From the NCBI GenBank assembly GCA_030141605.1, contig JAQGDQ010002369.1:620001-684000 (forward strand): a stretch of 64,000 nt of DNA. Reading direction: 5' to 3'. The stretch is from Tubiluchus corallicola. Taxonomy: Eukaryota > Animalia > Priapulida. A program made the translations under genes and the position numbers. The stretch's first letter is position 1. Each line of letters starts with the position of its first letter. Positions 1 to 10,389 of the stretch are shown here, piece by piece. The notes below the pieces were generated by a model. That model was not told where the DNA came from. It searched no databases and saw nothing but the letters and a program-made list of their open reading frames with translations.

Positions 1-90
1 GTCTTTTTTAGGTCCCGTTTTCAAAGCTGGTTTTTGGTTTTTTTTTGGGCAGCGGGCTCGTCTTTCGCCCTTTTTGCTCATTCTAGTCAT
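1..90 (-). CDS. Chlamydial small basic protein, 5' part (runs off the window or is frameshifted in A-runs)
   Basis: Reads MTRMSKKGERRARCPKKKPK, like the K/R-rich MTRMSK small proteins of chlamydiae; has its own sigma66-like promoter; not in the ORF track. Confidence 0.5.
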   Translation of the reverse strand, partial: MTRMSKKGERRARCPKKNQKPALKTGPKKD

Positions 91-119
91 TTTAGCTCCC
101 AGTCAAAATTGTTGGAATC

Positions 120-148
120 ATTATAGGGATTTTTCTCAATAGACTCAA
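120..148 (-). promoter_or_regulatory. sigma66/sigma70-type promoter
   Basis: TTGAGT-17 nt-TATAAT on the minus strand, ~30 nt upstream of the ATG at 90. Confidence 0.6.
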
Positions 149-175
149 GAGTTAGATAATCTGATGCGTTCATCT

Positions 176-592
176 TTATCGGGCTTCGATGATCCAGCCT
201 AACGATTTGTAGGCTTCGAAACGCTTTCGTGAAAGCATTTTTTTATTCAAACTGGTCAAGTCCTCCAGTTCATAGACGATCTGGAATGTATCCAGGAGGA
301 GGGGAGTCGGCCGGAGATTGAAGATAAAACGGGACCGTTTGAAGTCCTCTTTTTTTTGGGTGATCACGATCCAATCATCACTATCTTCTTGAGAAGTAGA
401 ATGAGGAAGAAAACTCTCAGCAGGCTGTTTCCAAAGGAGCTCATTGACGAATTCTTCGGCCTTGTCATCAGGCGCAAAAATTAGAAAATGTTCTTTCCGT
501 CCAAAGTGGAAAGAAGCCATGTCACAAATCCTCGAAAGCTTTTCCTTCGTCGTTTTCACCTGGAAAAAGACGACTCGTGAATTACTCTTCAT
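176..592 (-). CDS. holC: DNA polymerase III chi subunit
   Basis: 138 aa; LLWKQPAESFLPH motif and C-terminal RKRFEAYKSLGW typical of HolC. Confidence 0.75.
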   Translation of the reverse strand: MKSNSRVVFFQVKTTKEKLSRICDMASFHFGRKEHFLIFAPDDKAEEFVNELLWKQPAESFLPHSTSQEDSDDWIVITQKKEDFKRSRFIFNLRPTPLLLDTFQIVYELEDLTSLNKKMLSRKRFEAYKSLGWIIEAR

Positions 593-1226
593 CTTTTCGC
601 TCCTGACCCGGAAGGATCATTCCACATGATACCGTGAATTTGACCGCATCTTCATTGGACATGTCGATCGATTTGACATCATCTTCGGCCATCATCAGTA
701 GGTATCCTGAGATAGGGTGAGGAGCTGTTGGGACAAAAACAGGGACAAGCTTTTTTTCTACAGACTTTTGGCAGGCCTCAGGAACATCGCCAGTCTCAAA
801 TCCAACACAATAACTATGAGGAGAGGGAAAGGGAACAAGCACAGGACGTTTGAAGGCTTTGCTTCCTTTACTGCCGAATAGGGCGGAGGCAATGTCTGTT
901 GTGACTTTATAAATCGTCTTCACAAAAGGAATCTTTGAGAAGATCCAATTCATGAATTTGAGAATCGAACGGAAGAAAAACCATCGTGCGATGACTCCCA
1001 GAAGGAAGATGAGAACAACGATCAAAATCAGGCTGATGATACGGGCGATGATCTGAACACCCTCATCAGATTTGATCAGGGGATGTGTTTTTTCAAACTG
1101 GTAGATGAAGTCTTTTACAATATCGACAAAAGGAGTCGTGAAAAGATCGACGACAAAGACAATAACGACAATTGTCAAGACTAGAGGAAGAAGAATGGCA
1201 AGTCCCGTAAGGAAGTATTTTCTCAT
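582..1226 (-). CDS. DUF502 family membrane protein (paralog 2)
   Basis: KYFLTGLAILLP N-terminus, KIPFVKTIYK, VFVPTAPHPISG. Confidence 0.85.
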   Translation of the reverse strand: MRKYFLTGLAILLPLVLTIVVIVFVVDLFTTPFVDIVKDFIYQFEKTHPLIKSDEGVQIIARIISLILIVVLIFLLGVIARWFFFRSILKFMNWIFSKIPFVKTIYKVTTDIASALFGSKGSKAFKRPVLVPFPSPHSYCVGFETGDVPEACQKSVEKKLVPVFVPTAPHPISGYLLMMAEDDVKSIDMSNEDAVKFTVSCGMILPGQERKDEE

Positions 1227-1871
1227 TCAGACATTTCCTTTTTTTTCTGGAACAATCACACCGCAGGAGACGATATATTTCACCGCATCTTCAGTTTTCA
1301 TATCGATAAAGATCAAATCTTCTTTTTTAAACATCAAAAGAAACCCGGTCGTAGGGTTAGGGGTCGTAGGGATAAAGACAGAAATAAGTTCGCCACTTGC
1401 CGCTTCCTCACATGTTTTGGGAGACTCTCTGCTGACCAGTCCTAAAGAATACGTTCCTTTGAAAGGAAACGGAGCCATGACGACCTGTTTGAATGAGTTT
1501 TTATCGGAGGCAAAAAGAGTTTTGATGATCTCCTGGGTCGTCTTATAGACCTTATTGACCAAAGGGATCTTGTGAAGGATTTTGTCACTGAGGCGTATGA
1601 GGCCTTTGAAAATAAACCATCGTGCTAAGAACCCCAATCCCACTGTAACTAAGAAAAGACCGATCAAAATGGTGAGCTGGCTTCCATATCGAATAACCTG
1701 TTCGGGAGTCAAAAATAGAAATCCGATTTCACTGATCCGGGTATGGGAAAGAATCTTTATCACAAGTCCCATGAAGGGCTTGGTCAAAAAGTTGACGACA
1801 AAGATCACTACGGCAATGGTTACAGCCAATGGGAGGAGGATCGCTAGCCCGGTGAGAAAATATTTTTTCAT
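1227..1871 (-). CDS. DUF502 family membrane protein (paralog 1)
   Basis: KYFLTGLAILLP, VFIPTTPNPTTGFL, VSCG motifs. Confidence 0.85.
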   Translation of the reverse strand: MKKYFLTGLAILLPLAVTIAVVIFVVNFLTKPFMGLVIKILSHTRISEIGFLFLTPEQVIRYGSQLTILIGLFLVTVGLGFLARWFIFKGLIRLSDKILHKIPLVNKVYKTTQEIIKTLFASDKNSFKQVVMAPFPFKGTYSLGLVSRESPKTCEEAASGELISVFIPTTPNPTTGFLLMFKKEDLIFIDMKTEDAVKYIVSCGVIVPEKKGNV

Positions 1872-1933
1872 AATTCACCTGAAAAATAAGGATTCAATAT
1901 CTGGTTTTTAGACTTATTTTGCAATACTGGTCC

Positions 1934-1981
1934 TTGAACCTATCCCAAAAATCGATGAAAAATGTCTCGGGATAGGTTCAA
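1934..1981. repeat. Palindromic element / hairpin with 13-bp perfect arms
   Basis: TTGAACCTATCCC (1934-1946) and GGGATAGGTTCAA (1969-1981), overlapping the mpg stop. Confidence 0.65.
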
Positions 1982-2628
1982 TGCGAGGAGGCGAGACGGA
2001 ATCGCCATGGGAGAAGAGCGTGTTCTTGAGCATAGGCTACCCCAACTCGCGGAGAGGCCATGATTTCTTTTTCAGGAATTTTTTTCGAAGTCTCTTCAAT
2101 CCAGAGGATCGGGCCGTCCAGAGCAAGACCATTGTGTTCTAAAGTAATTCCGAGGGCTTGTGTCAAAGCCCCAGGTCCTGCAGTCAATGAACGCTCTATC
2201 TTTTCTTTTTTCCTTCTCTTAAGCATCACGTCTATTCCAGTATTTGGTTCGATTGCACGGATGAGGACAGCATGAGGGGTGTCTTTTCCATGAGTGACGA
2301 TATTCAGAAGGTGATGGATTCCATAACAAAGGTATACATAGCTTACCCCGCCGGCAGAATACATGATTTCTGTTCGGGGAGTCCTTCTCATGTTATAGGC
2401 GTGACAAGCTTTATCTTCAGCCCCTTGATAGCTTTCTGTTTCGACAATAGTCCCTCCTGTGACTTTTCCGTCGATACAGCTATAAAGTGTTTTTCCTAAA
2501 AGACTTTTTGCAAGGTGAACGACATCATCTGACTGGTAGAAAGAAAGAGGGATTATTTTCTCTTTCTTCTTCCTTTTTTCTTGGGCCTTTTTCTGGCTCT
2601 GGAAGGCTTTTGATTGGCGAGTATCCAT
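1978..2628 (-). CDS. mpg: DNA-3-methyladenine glycosylase (MPG/AAG family)
   Basis: IVETESY, YVYLCYGIHHLLNIV, AVLIRAIEP, GPGALTQALGI, RVGV; true start is uncertain because it overlaps the rnr end. Confidence 0.9.
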   Translation of the reverse strand: MDTRQSKAFQSQKKAQEKRKKKEKIIPLSFYQSDDVVHLAKSLLGKTLYSCIDGKVTGGTIVETESYQGAEDKACHAYNMRRTPRTEIMYSAGGVSYVYLCYGIHHLLNIVTHGKDTPHAVLIRAIEPNTGIDVMLKRRKKEKIERSLTAGPGALTQALGITLEHNGLALDGPILWIEETSKKIPEKEIMASPRVGVAYAQEHALLPWRFRLASSH

Positions 2629-4715
2629 TTTGATTCTAAAAGAACGAAATCGATATGGGTTAAAACAACCTGGATTTTATCTCCAAAGCTGTACTTCCGT
2701 CCAGTCCTTTTGCCTCGTAGTGTGACGGTATTGGACTGAAAAACGAAATAATCATCTTCCAGATCAGACAGAAAAAGGCATCCTTCCAGGAAAAACCCTG
2801 TGATTTCAAAGAAAATGGCAAAAGGTTTGATCTTGGTGATCGATGCCTCGAAAACATGGGTGGGATCTTCTTGAAATGTTTTGTTGAGCAATCTTAATTT
2901 TTTCAATTGGACCACGGCCATCTCGGCACGGAAACTCATCCGTTCCCGGTAGGAACAGTGGTTTGCGATTTCAGTAAGATCCTCTGGTGTTTTTTCTTTA
3001 AAAAGCAGACGTTCGATGATCAGGTCGCTGTATCTACGGATCGGACTGGTGAAATGACAGTAATGTTCAAGAGAGAGACCATAATGGCCAAGGTTATCAG
3101 GCGAATAAAAGGCAATCTTCATGCTTCGAATAAAACTGATAGAGAGATGCTGGAAGTAAGGAGTTTTTTTTGCCTGATTGAATAGTTTTTGAATGTCCCG
3201 ATGATTGGGTTTGTCCGGAAGAAGGAATCCCAAGGATCTTGCCAGATGATAAAAATCATGGAAATTTTCAGCAGGGGGCTCTTCATGAATGCGATAGATG
3301 AGCATTTTCTTCTTTTCAGAAAGATGTTCTGCCACCACCTCATTGGCTTTCAACATGAACTCTTCGATCATTTGATGGGTGATATCGTATTCGACGATTT
3401 CGATCCTTTCAGGGTTCCCTTTTTTGTCGACCTTGATGACAGCTTCAGGAAGGGCAAAATCGATGCTTCCTCTTTCCATCCTCTTTTTTCGTAAAAGAGT
3501 TCCCAATTTGGCCAGGTTTTGAAGAAGAGGAGCGTGAGGACTCTTCTTTTTCTTTTCGAGAACGTCAAAAGCCTCGTTGTATGTGAAGCGCTTTTTGCTT
3601 TTGATGTAGGCGCGGTGAATCTCATACTTTTCCAAATCGCCTTCGGGATTGAAAGTCATGAGAACACTGACCGTTAATCGGACAACATCTGCTTTTAGGC
3701 TGCAAAGTTGGTTGGAGAGTTCTTCGGGGAGCATGGGAACGCATACTCCGGGAAAATAAGTGGAATTGGCCCTTCGATGCGCTTCCTTGTCCAAATAACT
3801 GTCAGGCTTAACATAATACGCTGCATCGGCAATATGTACGCCTAACTGAAAAGATCCCTTGGAATCTACAGTCAAAGAAATCGCATCGTCAAAGTCTTTG
3901 GCCGTGTCAGGATCAATGGTAATGCAAGTGAGCTTTGTAAAATCTTTCCGGTTATTGAGGTCTTTCTTCGTTACCTCATCTCCCATTTTTTGTGCTTCCT
4001 GGATCGCTTTTTTTGAAAATTGATGGGGAATTTCAAATTCATAAATAGCAGCGAGGACATCGATCGAAGGATCCTGAATTGATCCCAGGTACTGCAGAGG
4101 AACACACTCCATCTGGTTTGTCGAACGCTTCCATTTTTTGATCTCCATTACTAGACGGTCCCCAATACGGAATGTGTCTTTTTTCGTGCACTTTAGATCA
4201 ATGAGTTTTTCAGGCCCTAAAATCGGAGCGTAGACGACGTAGTGGTGGTGCTGTTTCTTTAAGATGGTACCAGCGAGAATTTTTCTCGATCTTTCAATAA
4301 TACGAACGATTTTTCCTTCGGGGCCTTTGGACGAGACCTTCGGATCGACTTCTATTTCTACAATGTCTCCCTCAATCGCATCATCCATATACGGTTTGGG
4401 AATAAAGACTTCCTGTTTTTGACCTTTTATCTGGACAAACCCGAATCCTCTCGGATGGGTAGATATTTTGCCCTGAACGATTTCCGCCTGTGGAACCAAT
4501 CGTACATGGTTTCCTTTCAGCTCGAGCAGCTCTTTCTCTTTGAGCTCGACAAGGATCTCTTCAAATTGATCAAATTTTGAAGAAGGTAATGCTAAAAGAC
4601 GAAACAAGTGTTTTCGCGTGAACACTTTCTTCGAGTTCTGATCGAATACTGTGATGATCTTTTTTGAGATGTTTCGGAAGGGATGCTGTTTCTTGGTTTT
4701 CTTTCTTGCTGGCAC
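2553..4715 (-). CDS. rnr: Ribonuclease R
   Basis: HPRGFGFV cold-shock domain, TIDPDTAKDFDDA RNB motif, HFTSPIRRYSDL, S1 domain, basic tail. Confidence 0.95.
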   Translation of the reverse strand: MPARKKTKKQHPFRNISKKIITVFDQNSKKVFTRKHLFRLLALPSSKFDQFEEILVELKEKELLELKGNHVRLVPQAEIVQGKISTHPRGFGFVQIKGQKQEVFIPKPYMDDAIEGDIVEIEVDPKVSSKGPEGKIVRIIERSRKILAGTILKKQHHHYVVYAPILGPEKLIDLKCTKKDTFRIGDRLVMEIKKWKRSTNQMECVPLQYLGSIQDPSIDVLAAIYEFEIPHQFSKKAIQEAQKMGDEVTKKDLNNRKDFTKLTCITIDPDTAKDFDDAISLTVDSKGSFQLGVHIADAAYYVKPDSYLDKEAHRRANSTYFPGVCVPMLPEELSNQLCSLKADVVRLTVSVLMTFNPEGDLEKYEIHRAYIKSKKRFTYNEAFDVLEKKKKSPHAPLLQNLAKLGTLLRKKRMERGSIDFALPEAVIKVDKKGNPERIEIVEYDITHQMIEEFMLKANEVVAEHLSEKKKMLIYRIHEEPPAENFHDFYHLARSLGFLLPDKPNHRDIQKLFNQAKKTPYFQHLSISFIRSMKIAFYSPDNLGHYGLSLEHYCHFTSPIRRYSDLIIERLLFKEKTPEDLTEIANHCSYRERMSFRAEMAVVQLKKLRLLNKTFQEDPTHVFEASITKIKPFAIFFEITGFFLEGCLFLSDLEDDYFVFQSNTVTLRGKRTGRKYSFGDKIQVVLTHIDFVLLESKWILANQKPSRARKRPKKKGRRKRK

Positions 4716-4742
4716 TGTCTGGGATTTGTTCTACAATTCATC

Positions 4743-4771
4743 ACTATAGAATTTGTAGGAGATTGTCTCAA
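4743..4771 (-). promoter_or_regulatory. sigma66-type promoter for rnr
   Basis: TTGAGA-17 nt-TATAGT on the minus strand. Confidence 0.6.
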
Positions 4772-4803
4772 GAGATCTATGTATAAAGCTCCAGAGGACG
4801 GGT

Positions 4804-5406
4804 CTATGAAAGAAAACCCCTCTTGCAGAGCTCGTCTCTGAGCTTTTGAGGGTTTTTATAACTTACTGCGTCCAAACCGGCATGGCGGGCGCTCTGCACA
4901 TATTCAGAGATATCATCCACATAGAAACTGGGAGTAGCCTGAGCCATAGACAGAGCTTTTTGGTAAATGGCCTTGTCTGGTTTTCTCATCTGTACTTCAT
5001 AAGAGAGAATTCGGTCATCGAAATTCCGAAGGACAGGATAATGGGAATAGGCGTAATTAAAATGAACTTCGCATGTGTTTGAGAGGAGAATCAGACGATG
5101 TCCCTGGGATTTGAGATCTTCAATAATGGGTATGATCTCTTCATTCGGCTCAAAGATATTTCCGGCAGCTTTCAATAGTTCAATAAAATCAACGGTCTCG
5201 GAGCTCGCTTGCGAAAGATGGCGGTGAAGAGATTCTGTGGTGACCGTTCCCATTTCATATTCGATCCCGTATCCATCCTTGAATAGAAAATCATGCACTT
5301 TCTGATAGGGCAGGGAAGTGAGGTCGGCCAACTGCCGACACATTTTTTCATGACTGAAAAAGAGAAGGACATTGCCGATGTCGAAAAATAGAGTAGCCTT
5401 AGTCAT
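4804..5406 (-). CDS. HAD-superfamily phosphatase (YihX-like)
   Basis: FFDIGNVL, LSNT, KPD and YVDD HAD motifs. Confidence 0.85.
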   Translation of the reverse strand: MTKATLFFDIGNVLLFFSHEKMCRQLADLTSLPYQKVHDFLFKDGYGIEYEMGTVTTESLHRHLSQASSETVDFIELLKAAGNIFEPNEEIIPIIEDLKSQGHRLILLSNTCEVHFNYAYSHYPVLRNFDDRILSYEVQMRKPDKAIYQKALSMAQATPSFYVDDISEYVQSARHAGLDAVSYKNPQKLRDELCKRGFLS

Positions 5407-6308
5407 CTTTCATAGATCCATATTGTAATCTCAGGGTACTCTTCTACGATTTTTTCTGCCCATCTTTTCGCTTTTTCATAATCGGTAAAGGTCATGGCAG
5501 CAGTAGCCAGCCCATCTGCCAACATGCAGGTAGGAGCTCTCACGCTTACAGAGGCGATGACTGTATCTTGAAGGGCGATCGGTTTGCCGGTCGTAGGGTT
5601 TACAATGTGTGTATAGTCCGATTCCAGCTGGGTGGGGCCGCTGGTTGCAATGGCTGCGTTTTTCAGTTCGATGGAAATAGGTTCGATCACTTGATGGGAA
5701 GGACGGATCTGAATGGCCCAGCATCTTTTGTCTGGGTGTTGGCCATGCGTGCGGATCTCTCCTGCCCATTCGACATAAAAGTTTGCATATCCTTTTTGGA
5801 GGTGTCTTTCAGCAATGAGGTCAATCGCATATCCTTTTAAGACTCCGCAAAAATCCATGATGAGATCAGACCGGGTTTTTTCAAATTGGTTTCTTTCCCA
5901 GTTCATTTCTTCCCAGGTTCCCTTCAAGGGAATGGGCTTAGATGTTCGGTAGGCCAGAATCAGGTTTCCTACACAAGGATCAAATCTTCTTTGAGAGCAT
6001 TCATAAATTTTGGAGATTTTTTCAAAAAAAAGGACTAGTTCATTCGAAAGGACTCGACTTTCTCCTTTATCGAGAGCGTTTAGTTTTGAAACTTCAGAAT
6101 TGGGGTTCCAATTGTTGTAGATTCCATCGATTTCATGGAACGTGTCTTCGATGATTTTCTGGATCTGTTCTTTTTCTGCTTTTTCCAATTTTGCGCCTAC
6201 TTTGATGCAGTAGGGCATTGTCATGGCCAAGCCTTTGAATAAAGTCACATTGGGAGATTTGGAACACGAAAAAAAGAAAAGGCTAAGGATTAGGACAGCA
6301 TATTTCAT
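5403..6308 (-). CDS. apbE: FAD:protein FMN transferase lipoprotein
   Basis: Lipobox FFFSC, SEVSKLN, KGYAID, AIATSG, HIVNPTTG, ADGLATA. Confidence 0.9.
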   Translation of the reverse strand: MKYAVLILSLFFFSCSKSPNVTLFKGLAMTMPYCIKVGAKLEKAEKEQIQKIIEDTFHEIDGIYNNWNPNSEVSKLNALDKGESRVLSNELVLFFEKISKIYECSQRRFDPCVGNLILAYRTSKPIPLKGTWEEMNWERNQFEKTRSDLIMDFCGVLKGYAIDLIAERHLQKGYANFYVEWAGEIRTHGQHPDKRCWAIQIRPSHQVIEPISIELKNAAIATSGPTQLESDYTHIVNPTTGKPIALQDTVIASVSVRAPTCMLADGLATAAMTFTDYEKAKRWAEKIVEEYPEITIWIYER

Positions 6309-7162
6309 GATCCTTTCTGCAAAAAGCTTTTCAAAGTGTTTTGAAGTAGCATTGTGATGGTCATGGGACCTACGCCTCCCGGAACGGGAGTAATGTGAGA
6401 AGCTACTTTGGAAACCTCTTTGAAGTCAACATCACCAACCAGCATAGACTTTCCCTGTTTGGTGATCCGGTTGATCCCCACATCGATGACCACAGCATTC
6501 GGTTTGACCATTTCTTTTTTGATGAAATGTTCTCTTCCAATGGCTGCAACGAGAATGTCTGCCTGTCGGGTGATTTGTGCGAGGTCTTTTGTTCCGCTAT
6601 GTGCGATTGTAACGGTCGCGTTGCAGTAGGGCTTTTTCTGGACCATGATGGCTGCAAGCGGCTTCCCAACGATGTTGCTTCTTCCTACGACTACGACATG
6701 TTTGTGAGCAGGATCGATCTTTGATTTTTCCAAAAGGACTTTAATGCCATGGGGAGTGCAGGGGAGGAATCCGCTTTCATCTCCCAAAAGCATTTTTCCC
6801 ACATTCACAGGATGGAACCCGTCCACATCTTTCGTGGGGTCGATGGTCAGCATGATTTTATTTTCATCGATCTGTTTGGGAAGAGGCAGTTGTACAAGAA
6901 TTCCGTCTACATTTGGATCCTGGTTGAGGTCCTCGATTGTATTTAACAGTTCGGTTTGACTGACAGACTCGGTAAGCTCGATTACATTGGATCGGATGCC
7001 TACATGGGCGCAGCCTTTTTTCTTCATGCCTACATAAGTGCGGGAAGCGGGGTCATTGCCCACAAGGACAAAGGTAAGTCCGGGCGATCCCGAGAGTTTT
7101 GAGATTTCTGTTTTGATCTCTTCTCTGATTTCCTGTGCAATTTTTTTTCCGTCAATGATCAT
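6305..7162 (-). CDS. folD: Methylenetetrahydrofolate dehydrogenase/cyclohydrolase
   Basis: KDVDGFHP, PCTPHG, GRSNIVGKP, TPVPGGVGPMT. Confidence 0.97.
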   Translation of the reverse strand: MIIDGKKIAQEIREEIKTEISKLSGSPGLTFVLVGNDPASRTYVGMKKKGCAHVGIRSNVIELTESVSQTELLNTIEDLNQDPNVDGILVQLPLPKQIDENKIMLTIDPTKDVDGFHPVNVGKMLLGDESGFLPCTPHGIKVLLEKSKIDPAHKHVVVVGRSNIVGKPLAAIMVQKKPYCNATVTIAHSGTKDLAQITRQADILVAAIGREHFIKKEMVKPNAVVIDVGINRITKQGKSMLVGDVDFKEVSKVASHITPVPGGVGPMTITMLLQNTLKSFLQKGS

Positions 7163-7171
7163 GAAATTCTT

Positions 7172-7938
7172 CTACCTAGAATGGATGAGTCCGTTTGAGG
7201 CCAATATTGGCTTTCCTGAATAGATACTGAATGGTTTTCCGTTCCAGCTGGTTACCTTTCCCCTGCTTCTTTCACGAGAAGAATACCGGCAGCGCAGTCC
7301 CAAGGACCTAAGGCTACCTCGAAAAAGAAGTCGAAACGGGATGAGGCAACATAGGCGAGGTCTAAGGCGGCAACGCCAATGCGGCGGATGGGAAGACCCA
7401 ATTTGAGAATATCGATGAAATGGTCGATAGCCTGTCCCGGATTTTCTGACAAGTTATTATAGGGAAAGCCTAAAGCGACGAATGCATCGTCAAGTTGTTC
7501 GGTTTGCGTGACTTTTATAGGGCTTCCATTCAGAAAGGCACCACCGCCTTTTTCGGCGATAAACAGTTCCTGAGTGATGGGCTGATAGATGACGCCGCAA
7601 AGAGGATCTCCACCCTGACATGCTGCGATACTAACCGCAAACATCGGAATCCCGTGGGCATAATTCACTGTTCCGTCCAGTGGATCGATTACCCATTGGA
7701 TTTCTTCACTTCCATTAGTTTCTCCGGATTCTTCGGCCAAAAAGGAGTGGTCTTTGAAGTGGTCTTTGATGTAAGCGATGATGAGCTTTTCAGCGAGGTG
7801 GTCGTATTCGGTGACAAGGTTGTGCTTCCCTTCTTTTGAGGAGATCTCAAAATTGGTTCGAAATCCTCTCTTAAGAGTAGCGCCAGCTTTCAGAGCTGCT
7901 TGCGTGGCGACCAGGGTCATTTTGGAGATATCTTCCAT
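7172..7938 (-). CDS. suhB: Inositol monophosphatase family protein; frameshifted near the 3' end
   Basis: WVIDPLDGTVNYAHG and WDCAAG motifs; adding one G to the G4 run at 7260-7263 restores EAGGKVTSWNGKPF...ILASNG. Confidence 0.85.
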
Positions 7939-8454
7939 TTACAACCTTCTTTTCAACAGAAACAGATGCATTTTTCGATAAATCTTTTGATACAAAATGA
8001 ATGGACACCAAAACCACACGATCGCGTAAGCCCCATCCAAAAGAGGCATCAAAAGTAGATCGGTAAAGACCCATTTTCCCGAAATAGGGATACTTCTGTC
8101 AAAAAGAAAAAGCAAAAAAGGTTGAGTTAGTGTGGATAGTGAGGAAATCAGGGCTGTGTAAAAGGCGAGATGCAAAGGCTTGTCATCATAGAAATGCATG
8201 TGGAAACGGTAAAGAAAGAGACAGGTAAATGTATAATTGAGGGCAAAAACACCCATAGATACGGAAGAGAAAAGATCGAGAAGAAAACCACAGAGAAAGC
8301 TCCCCCATAAGGCAGTAAGTAAAGAGCTTCGAATCCATAAAATCGCAAGAAAGGGAGCAAAGGCAAAAAGGTGAAGTGTTCCTAGCAGAGCACTTTGGAA
8401 AAGGGCAATGAAAAATGCGAGAAAGAAAAATAGGATCAGGGAGCCTTTTCGCAT
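7939..8454 (-). CDS. Rod shape-determining protein MreD-like membrane protein
   Basis: 171 aa, hydrophobic, CGFLLDLFSS..MGVFAL MreD-like motif. Confidence 0.6.
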   Translation of the reverse strand: MRKGSLILFFFLAFFIALFQSALLGTLHLFAFAPFLAILWIRSSLLTALWGSFLCGFLLDLFSSVSMGVFALNYTFTCLFLYRFHMHFYDDKPLHLAFYTALISSLSTLTQPFLLFLFDRSIPISGKWVFTDLLLMPLLDGAYAIVWFWCPFILYQKIYRKMHLFLLKRRL

Positions 8455-9476
8455 GGTGGATCTGAAATAAGGTTCTGAATCATAGATTTATTTTTGAATT
8501 GCTTTTGATGCCATCCCCAGGCAGATTCGATGATTTTCATCAAATCAGAATCCGTTGGCTGCCAGTTCAGAAATCTTTGGGCCTTTCTGTTATCTGCGAC
8601 AAGAATGGGAGGTTCTCCAAGTCTTTTATCTTCAGAAATGACTGGGATGGATTTTCCTGTGAACTTCTCCACGGCCTTGATGATCTGATTTACACTGAAT
8701 CCTTTCGATGTTCCCAGGTTGATAGCGGTCGATTGTTGATTTTCCATGACCCATTCCAACGCAGAAATATGTGCCCGGGCCAGATCTGCCACATGAATGT
8801 AATCCCGAACAGCCGTTCCATCAGGAGTAGGAAAGTCATTTCCATAAACGGTTATATTTTCTCTCAGTCCCATTGCAGTGTAGATGACAAGCGGAATGAT
8901 GTGTGTCTCGTGATCGTGGTCCTCTCCAATATCGAGATCAAAATCTGCACCGGCAGCATTAAAGTAACGTAGGGAAACGCTATGGACTGAATAGGCATTT
9001 TCAAAATCTTGAAGGATCTGTTCGATCATCCATTTTGATCTACCATAGGGACTGATGGGGTTTTGAGGTATATCTTCAGTGATAGGGATTTGCTTTGGGA
9101 TTCCGTAACTTGCGCAGCTGCTAGAGAAAACAAGACTGTTGACTCCATGGTCTTTCATCGCCTCGATCAGATTCAGGGCGTGAGATACATTGTTCCGGTA
9201 ATAGATTCTGGGTTCATAGACCGATTCAATTAGTATGGAGCTGCCTGCAAAATGGATGACTGCTTTTGGTTTGTAATCCAGAAAGGCTTGATCAAGGGCT
9301 TTTCTATCGGCAAGGTCAGCATTGATGAATGGTCCCCATTTGACTGCAGAAGAATGTCCGGTAGAGAGGTTGTCAAAAGTGATGGGAAGATATCCAAGGC
9401 GGGCTAATTCTTTGCAGACATGACTTCCGATATATCCTGCGCCGCCAGTAACTAAGATGGAATGTTGAGACACCAC
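8436..9476 (-). CDS. galE: UDP-glucose 4-epimerase
   Basis: GGAGYIGSH, FSSS, YGRSK, LRYFNAAGA, DGTAVRDYIHV. Confidence 0.95.
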   Translation of the reverse strand: MVSQHSILVTGGAGYIGSHVCKELARLGYLPITFDNLSTGHSSAVKWGPFINADLADRKALDQAFLDYKPKAVIHFAGSSILIESVYEPRIYYRNNVSHALNLIEAMKDHGVNSLVFSSSCASYGIPKQIPITEDIPQNPISPYGRSKWMIEQILQDFENAYSVHSVSLRYFNAAGADFDLDIGEDHDHETHIIPLVIYTAMGLRENITVYGNDFPTPDGTAVRDYIHVADLARAHISALEWVMENQQSTAINLGTSKGFSVNQIIKAVEKFTGKSIPVISEDKRLGEPPILVADNRKAQRFLNWQPTDSDLMKIIESAWGWHQKQFKNKSMIQNLISDPPCEKAP

Positions 9477-10141
9477 TAATACGCTCCTTTAGAAAAGAGC
9501 ATGACGGGAATAGTCTTACAGATCAAAACTAGATCTTTAAGGAATGTTTGATTTTCTACATAGACTTCTTCAAGCCTGACTCTTTCGCTCATGGGAAGAT
9601 GGTTTCTGCCCGAGGTTTGCCAGATTCCGGTGATCCCTGGACGGTAAGATAGGATCTTTATCGCTTTTTCTCCATAGTAGGATTGGATCTCATCCAAAAA
9701 AGCGGGACGAGGGCCGACCACACTGAGGTCTCCTTTTAGCACATTCCAGAATTGAGGGAGTTCATCCAAAGACATTTTCCTTAAAATCCTTCCAATAGGA
9801 GTGATCCGGGGATCTTTTTTCAATTTACAAAATTTTTCATATTCTTCTGCAAGGTCCTTGTCTTTTTGCAAAATCTCTTTCAATACCTCGTCTGCATTGG
9901 TATACATCGTTCGAAATTTGACACAATGGATGATCTTTCCACCTCTTCCTACTCTGGGAGTGATGAAAAAAACCGGGCCGGGAGAAGAGAGACGAACAAA
10001 AAGGCAAAGAATTAAATAGATGGGAGAAAATAAGGTCATGATGGCAAAGCTGAACAGAATATCGAAAATCCTTTTCGAAAGGATGTGTTTGACCGGAATG
10101 CTATATTTCATGTTTGTAGAAGTCATCATCTCAGAGTTCAT
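9476..10141 (-). CDS. Bacterial sugar transferase (undecaprenyl-phosphate glycosyl-1-phosphate transferase)
   Basis: KRIFD, KFRTM, DPRITPIG, SLDELPQFWNVLKGDLSVVGPRP. Confidence 0.93.
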   Translation of the reverse strand: MNSEMMTSTNMKYSIPVKHILSKRIFDILFSFAIMTLFSPIYLILCLFVRLSSPGPVFFITPRVGRGGKIIHCVKFRTMYTNADEVLKEILQKDKDLAEEYEKFCKLKKDPRITPIGRILRKMSLDELPQFWNVLKGDLSVVGPRPAFLDEIQSYYGEKAIKILSYRPGITGIWQTSGRNHLPMSERVRLEEVYVENQTFLKDLVLICKTIPVMLFSKGAY

Positions 10142-10389
10142 ACAGATATAAGACCACCGAATAATGGCACTAGTTTACCTTGAATGGGCCTTTAAAGCAA
10201 TTTTTTGGGTTCTGATTCTTTCTATCAACAGTTATTGATCAATTTCTATATGCATTTTGTATCTAAGCAGAAATTTACTGTTTTTTTTGTCTAATTCGCT
10301 TCCAAATCAACTTTGGGGTGTACTTCCTGTTCTGTGGTATTTGTAATAAAATGTTTATTTGCTTAGAATTTTTCTTCGATATTTTTTGG

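Noticed and set aside
582-1871. Tandem DUF502 duplication as a novelty
   Set aside because: Diverged, intact paralogs embedded in core genes; likely an old, ordinary duplication
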